A stretch of 64,000 bases of DNA from Mobula hypostoma (lineage: Eukaryota): positions 110,300,001 to 110,364,000 of the forward strand of contig NC_086097.1 in NCBI RefSeq assembly GCF_963921235.1, written 5' to 3'. The notes beneath the pieces were generated by a model. That model was not told the DNA's origin. It worked only from the letters and a program-made list of their open reading frames with translations, and ran no database searches. This document shows positions 38,702 through 50,006 of this stretch, in pieces (the first letter of the stretch is position 1; each line of letters opens with the position of its first letter). A program made the translations under genes and the position numbers.

Positions 38702-39509
38702 TTATCTCCTTGTTGGTCTTTGCACAACGTCTAAGCACATTCCACCAATACACTGAGCCAGCTTTCCATAGGCGTTGTGTTTTGTCACACCATGCACGTC
38801 CATTATGTTTGTAGATTTAAAATAGTCTTCTTACCTTCAAGTCTGTTTAAACTGGTGACAGTATGGAAATTACCAGTTTCTCCCTGTTCAACCATGCAAA
38901 TAGAAATGGCATCATATCATTATGCCTTCCCACAGTAAAACAAAAAAGTCCTGGACAAAAGAAATGAAATAAAAATATTGTATGTATCATACATGGGTAA
39001 ATCATAGCATGTTTTGTACTGCTGCAGTTATTGATTGCATATTCAAAATACAGATATGTACATCACTACAGCTAATATGCTTCCAGTGAGTAGAAATTGT
39101 GTCCTTCAAGGGAAAAAATGGCAGCAGAGAGCAAGATACAGAGCTATGGGCAAACAGAAGCAGATGGCTTTAGTTCTGATTAGTCTAAAAAGCAGATACC
39201 AACACAATGAGCCAGATGGCTTCCTTCAGTGCTAGAAATGCCTGAATGGCAAACATAGCTGCGGTACTGTGATTGTGGAGCAAGCAGTTCCATGCTGTGT
39301 CATTTATTAAAGGCATCTGAAAATAATAGAAACTATATCAAAGGACAGATTTTCCTGAATCTGCTCCCAAGTTGATTGCATCCACTAGGCAAAATGAAAA
39401 GCTTAAGGCACAAGGATTTGAATAAAATAGCTGATAATATCAGCAAGATAGGTTCTTCACAATTGATACTGAATTTTACTGTGCTCAAGTCATCCCATGA
39501 ATCTGGGAA

Positions 39510-41320
39510 GAGCACATAGAACAATACTGCACAGGAACAGGCCCTGTGGTCCACAATGTTGTGTTGAACTAGTTACACTTAATACCTTTTTTTATTTTTA
39601 TTTAGAGATATAACATAGTAACAGGCCCTTAGGACCCAAGGAACCCACACTGTCCAATTATACCCACGTGTCCATGTTAACCTACTAACCCATACGTCTT
39701 TGGAACATGGCAGGGAACCAGAGCACCCGGCGAAGAAAACGCACACAGTCACGAGGAAAATTCACAAATTCCTCACGGACTGTGGCAGAAATTGAACCTG
39801 GGTCATGGTGGTACATGAACCATTACACAAGCATGCTGTCCCTACTGCACATGTCCATATCCCAACATTTTCTGCATATCCACTTGCCTATCCAAAAGCC
39901 TCAAATGCCTTTATCAGATCTACCTCCACTCCGGGCAGTGTATTCCAGGCATTCAGCACTCGCTGTGTAAAAAACTACCCGGCATTACCTTTGAATATTC
40001 CACTTCTTACTTTAAATGCATGACTTCTGGTATTAGGCATTCCAGCCCTGGGAAAAAGATACTGGCTGTTGCTGTGTGGTGGTGTGACTTATTTGCCAGT
40101 CGAAAGCCACCTCTGCCATGTCGATCGTGATTGGGCAGTTTAAAAACTGCAGCTGCTCTTCCCATTGGTTGGTTGGCAAGCTGCAGCACCTAGTGTCTAG
40201 TTTCAAACACCTCAGGGGTATGAAGAATAGCACATGTGAGAGGTTCACTCTTTTCCTTTGTCTCTGGAGCACGCTGCACACCTTGGGAAGGTATGCTCCA
40301 TGCGTACTTTTAACTAAGTATCCACTTGTTGAACATTTAGTTCTGTAGTTTGTGAAACTTGGGGGAACTTAAAGGTTTGGTCAAATTTTTTTGTTTGTAA
40401 ATAAATTATTAATATGCTTATTCGTAGTCAGTGTTTTCTGTCTCACATCACCAAACCCGTGAAACTGCATCAACGTTACAGCCACTTCCCATTTATGGCT
40501 CTTGTAATTTTGTAAACTTCTATCAGATCTCCCCTCTGTCCCCACCACTCCAGAGAAAACAACCCAAGTTTGTCCAGCCTAATCACTATAATCCAGGCAG
40601 CACCTTAAAAAAACATTTGATAATGGGGTGACCAGAATTAAATGCAGTACTCCAGATGTAGCCCAACCAAAGTTTTATAAGGTTACAAAAAACTTCCTGA
40701 CTCTTGAATTCAGTGCCTTGTCTAAAGAGAAGAAGTATTCCAAACACGTTCTTTACCACCCTACCGACTTAAGCAGCCACTCTCAGAGAGCTATGGGCCT
40801 GGACGCCATGATCACTCTGTACTTTCCTTTCACATTCAATCTCCCAAACTATAACACCTCGCACTTGCCCCGGCTAAAGTCCATCTGCCACTTCTCCACT
40901 CATATCTGCAATTAATCTACATACCGCTGTATGCTTTGACAAGAATCTACACTATCCACAATGCCACCAACCTTTGTGTCATCTGCAAACTGATTAAGTC
41001 ACTCATCCACATATCACAAAACAGCAAAGTTTCCAGTATGGATCCCTGGGAGACACTACTAGTTACAGGCCTCCAGCCAGAATAAGACCTACCAACCATT
41101 CCCCTCTCACTCCTATGAACAAACCAATTGTGAATCCAAATGACCAAGTCACACCGGATCTCCAGAATTGTAATCTTCTGGATGAGCCTCCCATGAGGGA
41201 CTTTGTCGAATGCCTTGATAAAATCTATGTAGCCAACATCCATTATTCCACCTTCATCAGCTCCTCAAAACACTCAATTGGACATCCCCTGCACAAAGTC
41301 ATACCACAGGTACAGGAAAA
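39510..41320 (-). mobile_element. Decayed CR1 fragment with nested V-SINE (39590-39842)
   Basis: ORF 40947-41243 (YIDFIKAFDKVPHGRL). V-SINE core tctttggaacatggcagggaaccagagcacccgg. Confidence 0.75.
40067..40480 (+). mobile_element. Possible small solo LTR inserted in CR1
   Basis: A unique ~410-bp block interrupting CR1 sequence, TG...CA-like ends (tgttg...gttaca), AATAAA near 40400. No clean TSD seen. Confidence 0.35.
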
Positions 41321-41802
41321 TCTCAATGTACCCCTGTAAACAAGAATTAAGCGCACTTTCCCATTTTAATATTAATTAGATCATTCAATATATCTCTTCC
41401 TGTTTTCACAGATTTAGGCAACTGAACCAACCATTCAACATTCCAAACAGCCCTTGAATTTGATAATATACATTGAGAGTGAAAAGATATTTTGGAAGAA
41501 TAATTTGAACTTTAATTTTTTCAGATGAATCATATGTTTGTAATTAAATCTGTTCCCAAGCTATTGCCAAGAAAAATTGTTTTAATACTTGGTTGGTGAT
41601 CTCACATTCTATGAATGTGGCAATTTGAAGGTTTAATTTTGCACTCAGACAACACTTCCGAAGACAGGATGTGTTCTTGCTTTATTCAGATCTACAGCTG
41701 TTCTCTGTCACTCTCTCTCTCCATTCTAAAAGACCTTAACTCTAAGTTTATGAATGGCTAAAGGCAGTTGTTTTCTCCTCCTCCTGCCATTATGCATGGA
41801 CA

Positions 41803-44115
41803 GTTCAAGATTCAAGACTGTTTAATGTAATTTCCTGTATACAAGTGTAAAGGAGAATGAAATAAGTGTTACTCCGGATTTGAAGCAAAACAAAAAAACA
41901 CTATAAGATAAAGAACACATTAAGTATAAATGCATAAGATAATCTATATACACAGATTAATTGTATGTTCATAAGGTGATGCTAAGCACAGGATATGAGA
42001 AGGGGTGAGTTAGTGTGTGGTATGAAGGGGTGGGTTAGTGTGTGGTGTGAAGGGGTGGGTTAGTGTGTGGTGTGAAGGGGTGGGTTAGTGTGTGGTGTGA
42101 AGGGGTGAGTTAGTGTGTGGTATGAAGGGGTGGGTTAGTGTGTGGTATGAAGGGGTGGGTTAGTGTGTGGTGTGAAGGGGTGGGTTAGTGTGTGGTATGA
42201 AGGGGTGGGTTAGTGTGTGGTGTGAAGGGGTGGGTTAGTGTGTGGTATGAAGGGGTAGGTTAGTGTGTGGTGTGAAGGGGTGGGTTAGTGTGTGGTATGA
42301 AGGGGTGGGTTAGTGTGTGGTATGAAGGGGTGGGTTAGTGTGTGGTGTGAAGGGGTGGGTTAGTGTGTGGTATGAAGGGGTAGGTTAGTGTGTGGTGTGA
42401 AGGGGTGGGTTAGTGTGTGGTGTGAAGGGGTGGGTTAGTGTGTGGTGTGAAGGGGTGGGTTAGTGGGTGGTGTGAAGGGGTGGGTTAGTGGGTGGTATGA
42501 AGGGGTGGGTTAGTGTGTGGTATGAAGGGGTGGGTTAGTGTGTGGTGTGAAGGGGTGGGTTAGTGTGTGGTGTGAAGGGGTGGGTTAGTGTGTGGTATGA
42601 AGGGGTAGGTTAGTGTGTGGTGTGAAGGGGTGGGTTAGTGTGTGGTATGAAGGGGTGGGTTAGTGTGTGGTATGAAGGGGTGGGTTAGTGTGTGGTGTGA
42701 AGGGGTGGGTTAGTGTGTGGTATGAAGGGGTAGGTTAGTGTGTGGTGTGAAGGGGTGGGTTAGTGTGTGGTGTGAAGGGGTGGGTTAGTGTGTGGTATGA
42801 AGGGGTGGGTTAGTGGGTGGTGTGAAGGGGTGGGTTAGTGGGTGGTATGAAGGGGTGGGTTAGTGTGTGGTATGAAGGGGTGGGTTAGTGTGTGGTGTGA
42901 AGGGGTGGGTTAGTGGGTGGTATGAAGGGGTGGGTTAGTGTGTGGTGTGAAGGGGTGGGTTAGTGTGTGGTATGAAGGGGTGGGTTAGTGTGTGGTATGA
43001 AGGGGTGGGTTAGTGTGTGGTGTGAAGGGGTGGGTTAGTGGGTGGTATGAAGGGGTAGGTTAGTGTGTGGTATGAAGGGGTGGGTTAGTGTGTGGTATGA
43101 AGGGGTGAGTTAGTGTGTGGTATGAAGGGGTGGGTTAGTGTGTGGTGTGAAGGGGTGGGTTAGTGTGTGGTATGAAGGGGTAGGTTAGTGTGTGGTGTGA
43201 AGGGGTGGGTTAGTGTGTGGTATGAAGGGGTGGGTTAGTGTGTGGTATGAAGGGGTGGGTTAGTGGGTGGTGTGAAGGGGTGGGTTAGTGGGTGGTATGA
43301 AGGGGTGGGTTAGTGTGTGGTATGAAGGGGTGGGTTAGTGTGTGGTGTGAAGGGGTGGGTTAGTGGGTGGTATGAAGGGGTGGGTTAGTGTGTGGTGTGA
43401 AGGGGTGGGTTAGTGTGTGGTATGAAGGGGTAGGTTAGTGTGTGGTGTGAAGGGGTGGGTTAGTGGGTGGTATGAAGGGGTGGGTTAGTGTGTGGTATGA
43501 AGGGGTGGGTTAGTGTGTGGTATGAAGGGGTGAGTTAGTGTGTGGTGGTGTTGATCAGCCTTACTGCTTGGGGTAAGTAACTGTTTTAGAGTCTGGCAAC
43601 TGGTGTGGATGCGATGTGGCCACCACCCTGATGAGAGTGGGATAAACAGTCCATGAGCAGTGAGAGTGGGATCCTTCATGATGTTACTGGCCCTTTTCCA
43701 CTAGCTTCCTTGATGGCCAGTAGGCTGGTGCCAATGGTCCAGTTTTGACTACCCATTGTAGAGCCTTCCTGCCCACTGTGGTAGTTTCCGCACCAAGCAG
43801 TGACGCAGCTCGTCAGAATGCGGTCCCTACTGCACATCCATAGAATGATGTGAGTATAGATGTGCATAGTCCAGCTCCCTTCAGCCTCCTCAAAAAGTAG
43901 AGGCATTGGTGAGCTTTCCTGACTGTGTAGGATATGTTCTGGGACCATGAGAGATTGTGTATGATGTGCACTCCCAGGAGTTTGAAACTGTTTGCAGTTT
44001 CCACTGCTGTGCCACCAATGTAAAGGGGGGGGCGGTGCTGGCACAAGTTCCCCTGAAGGTGATAACCATCTCCTTTGCCTTGTTGACTTTAAGGAAGAGG
44101 TTATTTGCCTGACAG
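41803..44115 (-). mobile_element. Rex1/Babar-like 3' fragment hosting minisatellite 2
   Basis: ORF 43813-44046 (FKLLGVHI, LYFLRRLK); tail ttcaagattcaag at about 41804. Confidence 0.8.
41999..43545. repeat. 25-bp G-rich minisatellite, ~62 units, GAAGGGGTGGGTTAGTGTGTGGTRT
   Basis: Directly visible and very homogeneous. Confidence 0.98.
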
Positions 44116-44488
44116 TCTGGTGCATTACAAGAGTCCACTTAGAATTGGCAGAAGGTGTGACTGCCTCAGTAAATTCCATAAATATGAAGCACAATTACAC
44201 TCTAAGAAATAATATTTTGAGTAATTAGCCTTCAGGTTGATCAAAGCTCCTACAATTTCCCCTTGACATGGAGGCTTTGAGTAATTTCAGAGTGTACTGA
44301 ATGAGAGAGTTTTCAAAAGGTGAGGCTGTGGCACTTCATCTACTGTTACTTATGACCCTGACCCCAAACAATTATGGCAAGCATTCAGTCCATGATGACA
44401 GACAAGAACAGCTTGTTTATCTCAACAGCTTGTTGTATTCAGATAAGCACAATAACAGACAGAGTGCCATTGCTCGGTGACAACCCCT

Positions 44489-47070
44489 TCAGTCACATAC
44501 AGACAGGGGAGGTGATTGCCACACACCCAGGTTACAGTCAGGGTGACCCATAAACATACAAACAAACATCTGTATAACCCGAGCTAAAATGTAACAATAA
44601 ATGAACTTGAACATCCCACCATAATCCCATTAAAGCATTTTAAAACAAGAAGACTAAGTAGCGCTGACCACAAGGAATGCTGGGGTGAGCTGTCAACCAT
44701 GTCCCCCCTGAGCAGTCAGTCATCCCTCACACCCTCAGGGCCCATAAAAAATTCCAAGAGACCTGGTGGTGGTCACTACTGCCGCCTGGGCGCTGAGGAG
44801 GATCTCAATTCCACCCCCCAGGAGAAGTGCTGTTTGGTGAGACAAGGGACAGAGCACCTGGAGTGTCACTTCTTACCTTCAGCCTCGCTGGGGCGGTGGT
44901 GGCCAAGGGCTGAAACAGTGCCAGTCGGTCCCGGTGCAGCACGACCACCTTCCGCTGCTCAGGCAAATGCAGCCGATATACTGCATCAGAGATGCAGACA
45001 AGCGCCTCTCCCAGCCCCTTCCAGTGGCTTCCCAGCTTGGGGGATAGTCCCGTCTTCTGGGAGGCACAGAAAACCCATACTAGGTCACCCCAGTAACTTC
45101 CTGTCCTCAGCTGTGGGTATCATAGGCCCATTTTTGGCAGCTGCTGGCTGTGCTTTGATTCTGCTAAGCCAGCCTCCCCGGGAATCTCTAGCTCAGGAGG
45201 GGTCCAAACACCAGCTCCACTGGCATGTGTAGCTCGTGCCCGAACAAGAGCACAGCCGGCATACACCTGGTGCTCTCCTAAACTGCTGTCGGGGTGGGTG
45301 GCGATCCCAGTTGTGCTGGTAACAGCTGATGAGGATGGAGCCAGAGTGCAGTTAAAGCGCTCCAACAGCCCGTCGTTTTGCAGGTGAAGGGGGGGGTGGT
45401 CCACATTTTCCAACCACCAGCAGAGTTCACCAAACACCTGCACCCCTGGTCTCTGTGGAGTTCCTCAGAGGCACCGAAACTGCAGAACTCCTCCACGATT
45501 CTCTTAGCGGAGGTGATGGCACTCTGGTCCAGGATCACGTACGCCTCTGGCAACTTCATGAAGTAATCCAAGGCCATGAGAATGTAGTGGTTCCCTACAT
45601 CAATGCAGGGAAAGGGACCCAGAATGTCCACCCCTATGCCTTCCATTGGGGCCCCCACCAGGTACTGCTACATTGGCATCCTAGACTGGCAGCCCAGCCC
45701 CTTCTGGGATGTGCTGGCATCGCAGCAGTGCACGAACAGCTCCATATCCTGCTTGCACCCAGGCCAAAGGAAGCATTCGTGCAACCTGCCCAAGGCAAAG
45801 ACCAAGCCCCCACCAGCCCATGCACCGAACACAGCACTGTGACGTGCAGCCCCAGGCTGCAGGGAAATGGCCACCACTGGAACAGCAACCTGTCACTCAG
45901 CTCCACCGTGCCCCACTGAGAGTACAAGGCTTTGGTCTCTGAATCCAGGGTGGAGCTCTCCCCAGCCTCGGCTGCCAACCTTGTGCTCCACTGTGCTTTT
46001 CCCCACTGTGATGTCCAACCAGCTCTTCCCTCGCATCGCCGCACAGTCACCGGTGACCGTAGCCAACCAGACTGGTGTCGTTGTCCACCCAGGCGGAGAT
46101 GGCTGGTCCATGCTGGAGAGAACACCGGGACGGATGGTAGTGATGGTTGACCCCGTGTCGACCAACATGCGGCATCTGATGCCCTCCACCACGCAGGCAT
46201 CAACGCGTAAGCCTTGCTCTTCACCAAACGGCCCGCCCGGAGGGGCGACAACGGAGGGGTTCTGCCAGAGGTCTCGGGCAGCACCGCCCTCAGGGTGTTA
46301 CCAGATGGCTGCGCTGGCGTGGGGCAGTTCCGGGCCACATGGTCTGAGTCGTAACACCAGTAGCAGAGGTTGCTCCTTGGTACACAGTGGGGCCAGCAAA
46401 GTGTTTGTTGTACCTGTCTCACAGGCTCCTTTCCCACCTCAGTAACACAAGTCAGGGCTCACAGCATGTGGGACAGCACTGGAAAGCCTTCTAGCCTCTC
46501 TGCTCCTGCCAGCGATGATGGTGATATGCTGCCGAAGGCACTATGGCATCACCGCCTTTACAAAGGTGGAGAAGGCAAGCTCTTCCTGGGCCACGGGAGA
46601 GAACTGGGGGTAGCCATGCTGAGCACAGTGGCAGAGATCTGCTTTGAACGCCCCAGGCCTTCTCCCACATGGTGCTGTCTGCTGCCCAGTTCTTCCCTCA
46701 TTGCTTCCTCCAGTAGCCTCTGCTTTAAATGCTGCTCTAGAGTCACTACAAGGGCCCTGTGGTCACACTGCTCAGCTGGTGTTAGGTCAAGCAGGGCCCA
46801 TAGGGCATCGCCCTTCAGTGTCAGGACAAGGTTCACCACTGCCTCAGTGAGCATCTCCTCAGTCACATACAGAAGGGGGAGGTGATTATCACGCACCCCG
46901 GTTACAGTCAGGGTGACCCACAAACTCACAAGTGGATAATTGTATACCCAAGCTAAAATATAACAATAAATGAACTTGAACATCCCACCATAATTCCATG
47001 AATGCATTATAAAACAAGAACAGTAAGCAGTGCTGGTTGGTAGGAATGCTAGGGCGAGCTGTCAACCATG
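44489..47070 (-). mobile_element. Internally deleted Gypsy/Ty3 LTR retrotransposon
   Basis: ~210-bp direct repeats at 44489-44700 and 46859-47070, and a PPT (AGGGGGGA on minus, ~44702-44709). Gag knuckle CYWCYDSDHVARNC, protease LVDTGS, integrase GVDILGPFP..YILMALDYF. Confidence 0.9.
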
Positions 47071-47819
47071 CACAACCCCACCAAGCACCACACAATGTTC
47101 TTACCCCTCAGAAAATATGGTGGCACCTACTTACAATGTTCTTGGCCATTTGTAACCTATTCATGAGAAGTCATAGTTATTTCTTATACACTGGTTTGGT
47201 AAAACTTGTGGAAATATATGATCTAGACGGTGATAGTGTACTGTATGCTAAGTCTGTTCTACTAATGAATAAGTTTAAGCTTGGTTTTCAATGCCTTCAG
47301 CTGCATTTTCCTGTCCATTATCCATCATCATTGGTTCTTGAACAACTGGGAAAGTAATAGCAAACATAAGTTTACTCAATGAATCAGCATTGACAGCTAT
47401 CAAAAGAGAATTCCAAAGATTTATGAACATTAGAGAGAGGCAGTGCCTCAGTCTTATGGCTGACCCTTGATATATGACTTGCCATTCCTCATTGCATTAA
47501 ATTACCTAAAATCTCCAGAAACAACTTTCAATTCTCCGTTAGAAGTAGGGGAACATTTAAAAGCAAGCATTTAGTATTCATGTTGTTTGTTACTATAATA
47601 TATGGTAATTGAAATTCATTGGAATTTTTTTCTTATTTTTAAGCTTTTTCTTGGGGTCACAGGTAACTTACATCCACTCCAGTTCTGCAGGTTCTAAAAT
47701 GACAAATGAGGCCAGTGCGGGACCTGAGATTTTGCTACAGGTTACACCAGAAGTGCTTAGATTACTTAAACACAAGAGATTCCGCAGATGCTGGAAATCC
47801 AGAGCAACAACCACAAAGT

Positions 47820-48310
47820 CTCTGAAGATCTATCCTGGGCCCAACATACAGGTACAATTGCTAAGAAGGCACAACAGTGGCTAGATTTCATTAGGAGGTT
47901 GGGAAGATTTGGTTCTCACAAAAAACACTTACAAATTTTCACAGTACAGTTGTACCATGGACAGCATTTTAACTGGCTGCATCACCGTCTGGCATTGGGA
48001 CGTGGGGGTGGGGGCTACCGCACAGGATCGATATAAGTTGCCGGGAAGTTGTAAACTCAGTCAGCTCCATCATGAGCACTAGCCTTCTCAGTACCCAGGA
48101 CATCTTTAAGGAGTGGTAAAGGCGGCCTCCATCATTAAGGACCCCCATCACCCAGGACATGCCCTCTTCTCATTGCTACCATCAGGGAGGAACTATAGGA
48201 GCCTGAAAGCACACACTCAGTGATTCAGGAACAGCTTCTTCCCCTTTTCCATCAGATTTCTGGATGGACATTGAACCCATAAACATTACCTCCCCACTTT
48301 TTTTGTACAA
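47820..48310 (+). mobile_element. Rex1/Babar-like 3' fragment
   Basis: ORF 47788-48036 (DLSWAQHT..IAKKAQQWLDFIRRL). Confidence 0.7.
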
Positions 48311-49325
48311 CTTATTTGAATTCAGCAGGTCAGGCGAAATCTATGGAACAGTCGACATTTTGGGCCAAGGCCTTACATCAGGATGAAAGGACAAATTTAC
48401 CAGAGCTCTTTGAGGATTTAGCATGCAGAGATGATAGAGGGAAATCTGTAGATTTAACGTATGTTGATTATCTGATATATAAAATGCTGGTGCACATGGT
48501 AAGAGGAACATAGTTTTATAGAAAGTCTATTAGAACAGATATTTGGAAAGTATGTTTTTTTTCAGGCTAGATGGATGCAATTAGTCGAGTGCCCCGAGGA
48601 TAGGTTCTTATCCCTGTATTATTTATCATTTCTCTTGATAGGCTGTGCTGGTCCAAAGAGCGCTATTTGAGCTCATTCTTACCCTCGGCCATTAGGCTCC
48701 ATAATAACTCAACCTATAGCTGGGGAAATGATGACCCCCTCCTGTTAGACTGTTAGAAGTAACTTATTTTTTATTCTTTCTTACTTCTCTTCTAATATTT
48801 GTGTATTTGTATATCTGTGCACTTGTAATGCTACTGTGACAATGTAATTTCCCTTTGGGTTCAATAAATTATCTATCTATCTAACAACCTGAAGATGGAA
48901 GGGGATAAGGAGTCTAAGTTTACTGCTGGCATGAAAACAGGTGGCAAGCTACTTCACAATCAGATCATTAGAAATCTACAACAGCATATTGATTGGATGA
49001 GTGGGCATAAACTTGGCAAATTAAATATTGGAAAGTATGATGTTATATACTCTGGTTAGAGGAATTTATTAGTGGACTATTATGTAAATAAAGAAAGATT
49101 ACAAATGCCCAAACTGCAGAGGGATTTGGGTTTTCTTGTTTAAAAAATAGCAGGCAGCTGCAGTAACTGATTAAAAGGGAAAAGGCATCTTCACTGTAAG
49201 AAGACTGAAGTTTAGAAATAGTGAGTTGTACAGGGTACTAGCATGGCTGCACCTGAGGTACTGTGCAGAGTTTTCATCTCCTTATCTAAGAAAAAATATA
49301 CTAACATTGGAGGCAGAGATTCATT

Positions 49326-50006
49326 CATGGTGAGACCCGACGCAGACTGGGAGACCGCTTTGCTGAACATCTACGCTCTGTCCGCCAGAGAAAGCAGGAT
49401 CTCCCAGTGGCCACACATTTTAATTCCACATCCCATTCCCATTCTGACATGTCTATCCACGGCCTCCTCTACTGTAAAGATGAAGCCACACTCAGGTTGG
49501 AGGAACAACACCTTATATTCCGTCTGGGTAGCCTCCAACCTGATGGCATGAACATCGACTTCTCTAACTTCAGCTAAGGCCCCACCTCCCCCTCGTACCC
49601 CATCTGTTACTCATTTTTATGCACACATTCTTTCTCTCACTCTCCTTTTTCTCCCTCTGTCCCTCTGAATATACCTCTTGCCCATCCTCTGGGTCACCCC
49701 CCCCCGCCGTCTTTCTTCCCAGACCTCCTGTCCCATGACCCTCTCGTATCCCCTTTTGTCTATCACCTGTCCAGCTCTCGGCTCTATCCCTCCCCCTCCT
49801 GTCTTCTCCTATCATTTTGCATCTCCCCCTCCCCCTCCAACTTTCAAATCCCTTACTCACTCTTCCTTCAGTTAGTCCTGACGAAGGGTCTCTGCCTGAA
49901 ACGTCGACTGCGCCTCTTCCTATAGATGCTGCTTGGCCTGCTGCGTTCACCAGCAACTTTGATGTATGTTGCTTGAATTTCCAGCATCTGCAGAATTCCT
50001 GTTGTT
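49326..50006 (+). mobile_element. Young 5'-truncated Penelope-like element
   Basis: Near-identical to the reverse complement of 56909-57543. Flanked by an 11-bp TSD AGAGATTCATT (49315-49325, 50007-50017) within an old CR1. Confidence 0.92.
49874..49909 (+). ncRNA. Minimal type I hammerhead ribozyme motif
   Basis: AGUC-CUGACGA-AGG-GUCUCUG-CCU-GAAAC-GUC-GACU: stem I 4 bp, stem II 3 bp, intact core, palindromic ACGU stem III. Confidence 0.8.

Noticed and set aside
41999..43545. Interstitial telomeric repeat
   Set aside because: There is only one GGGTTAG per 25-bp unit and no tandem (TTAGGG)n.
31088..43545. Common origin of the two 25-bp minisatellites
   Set aside because: They share only a short CACCAC..TA.CCCAC-like core and sit in different host elements; the equal period is probably coincidence.
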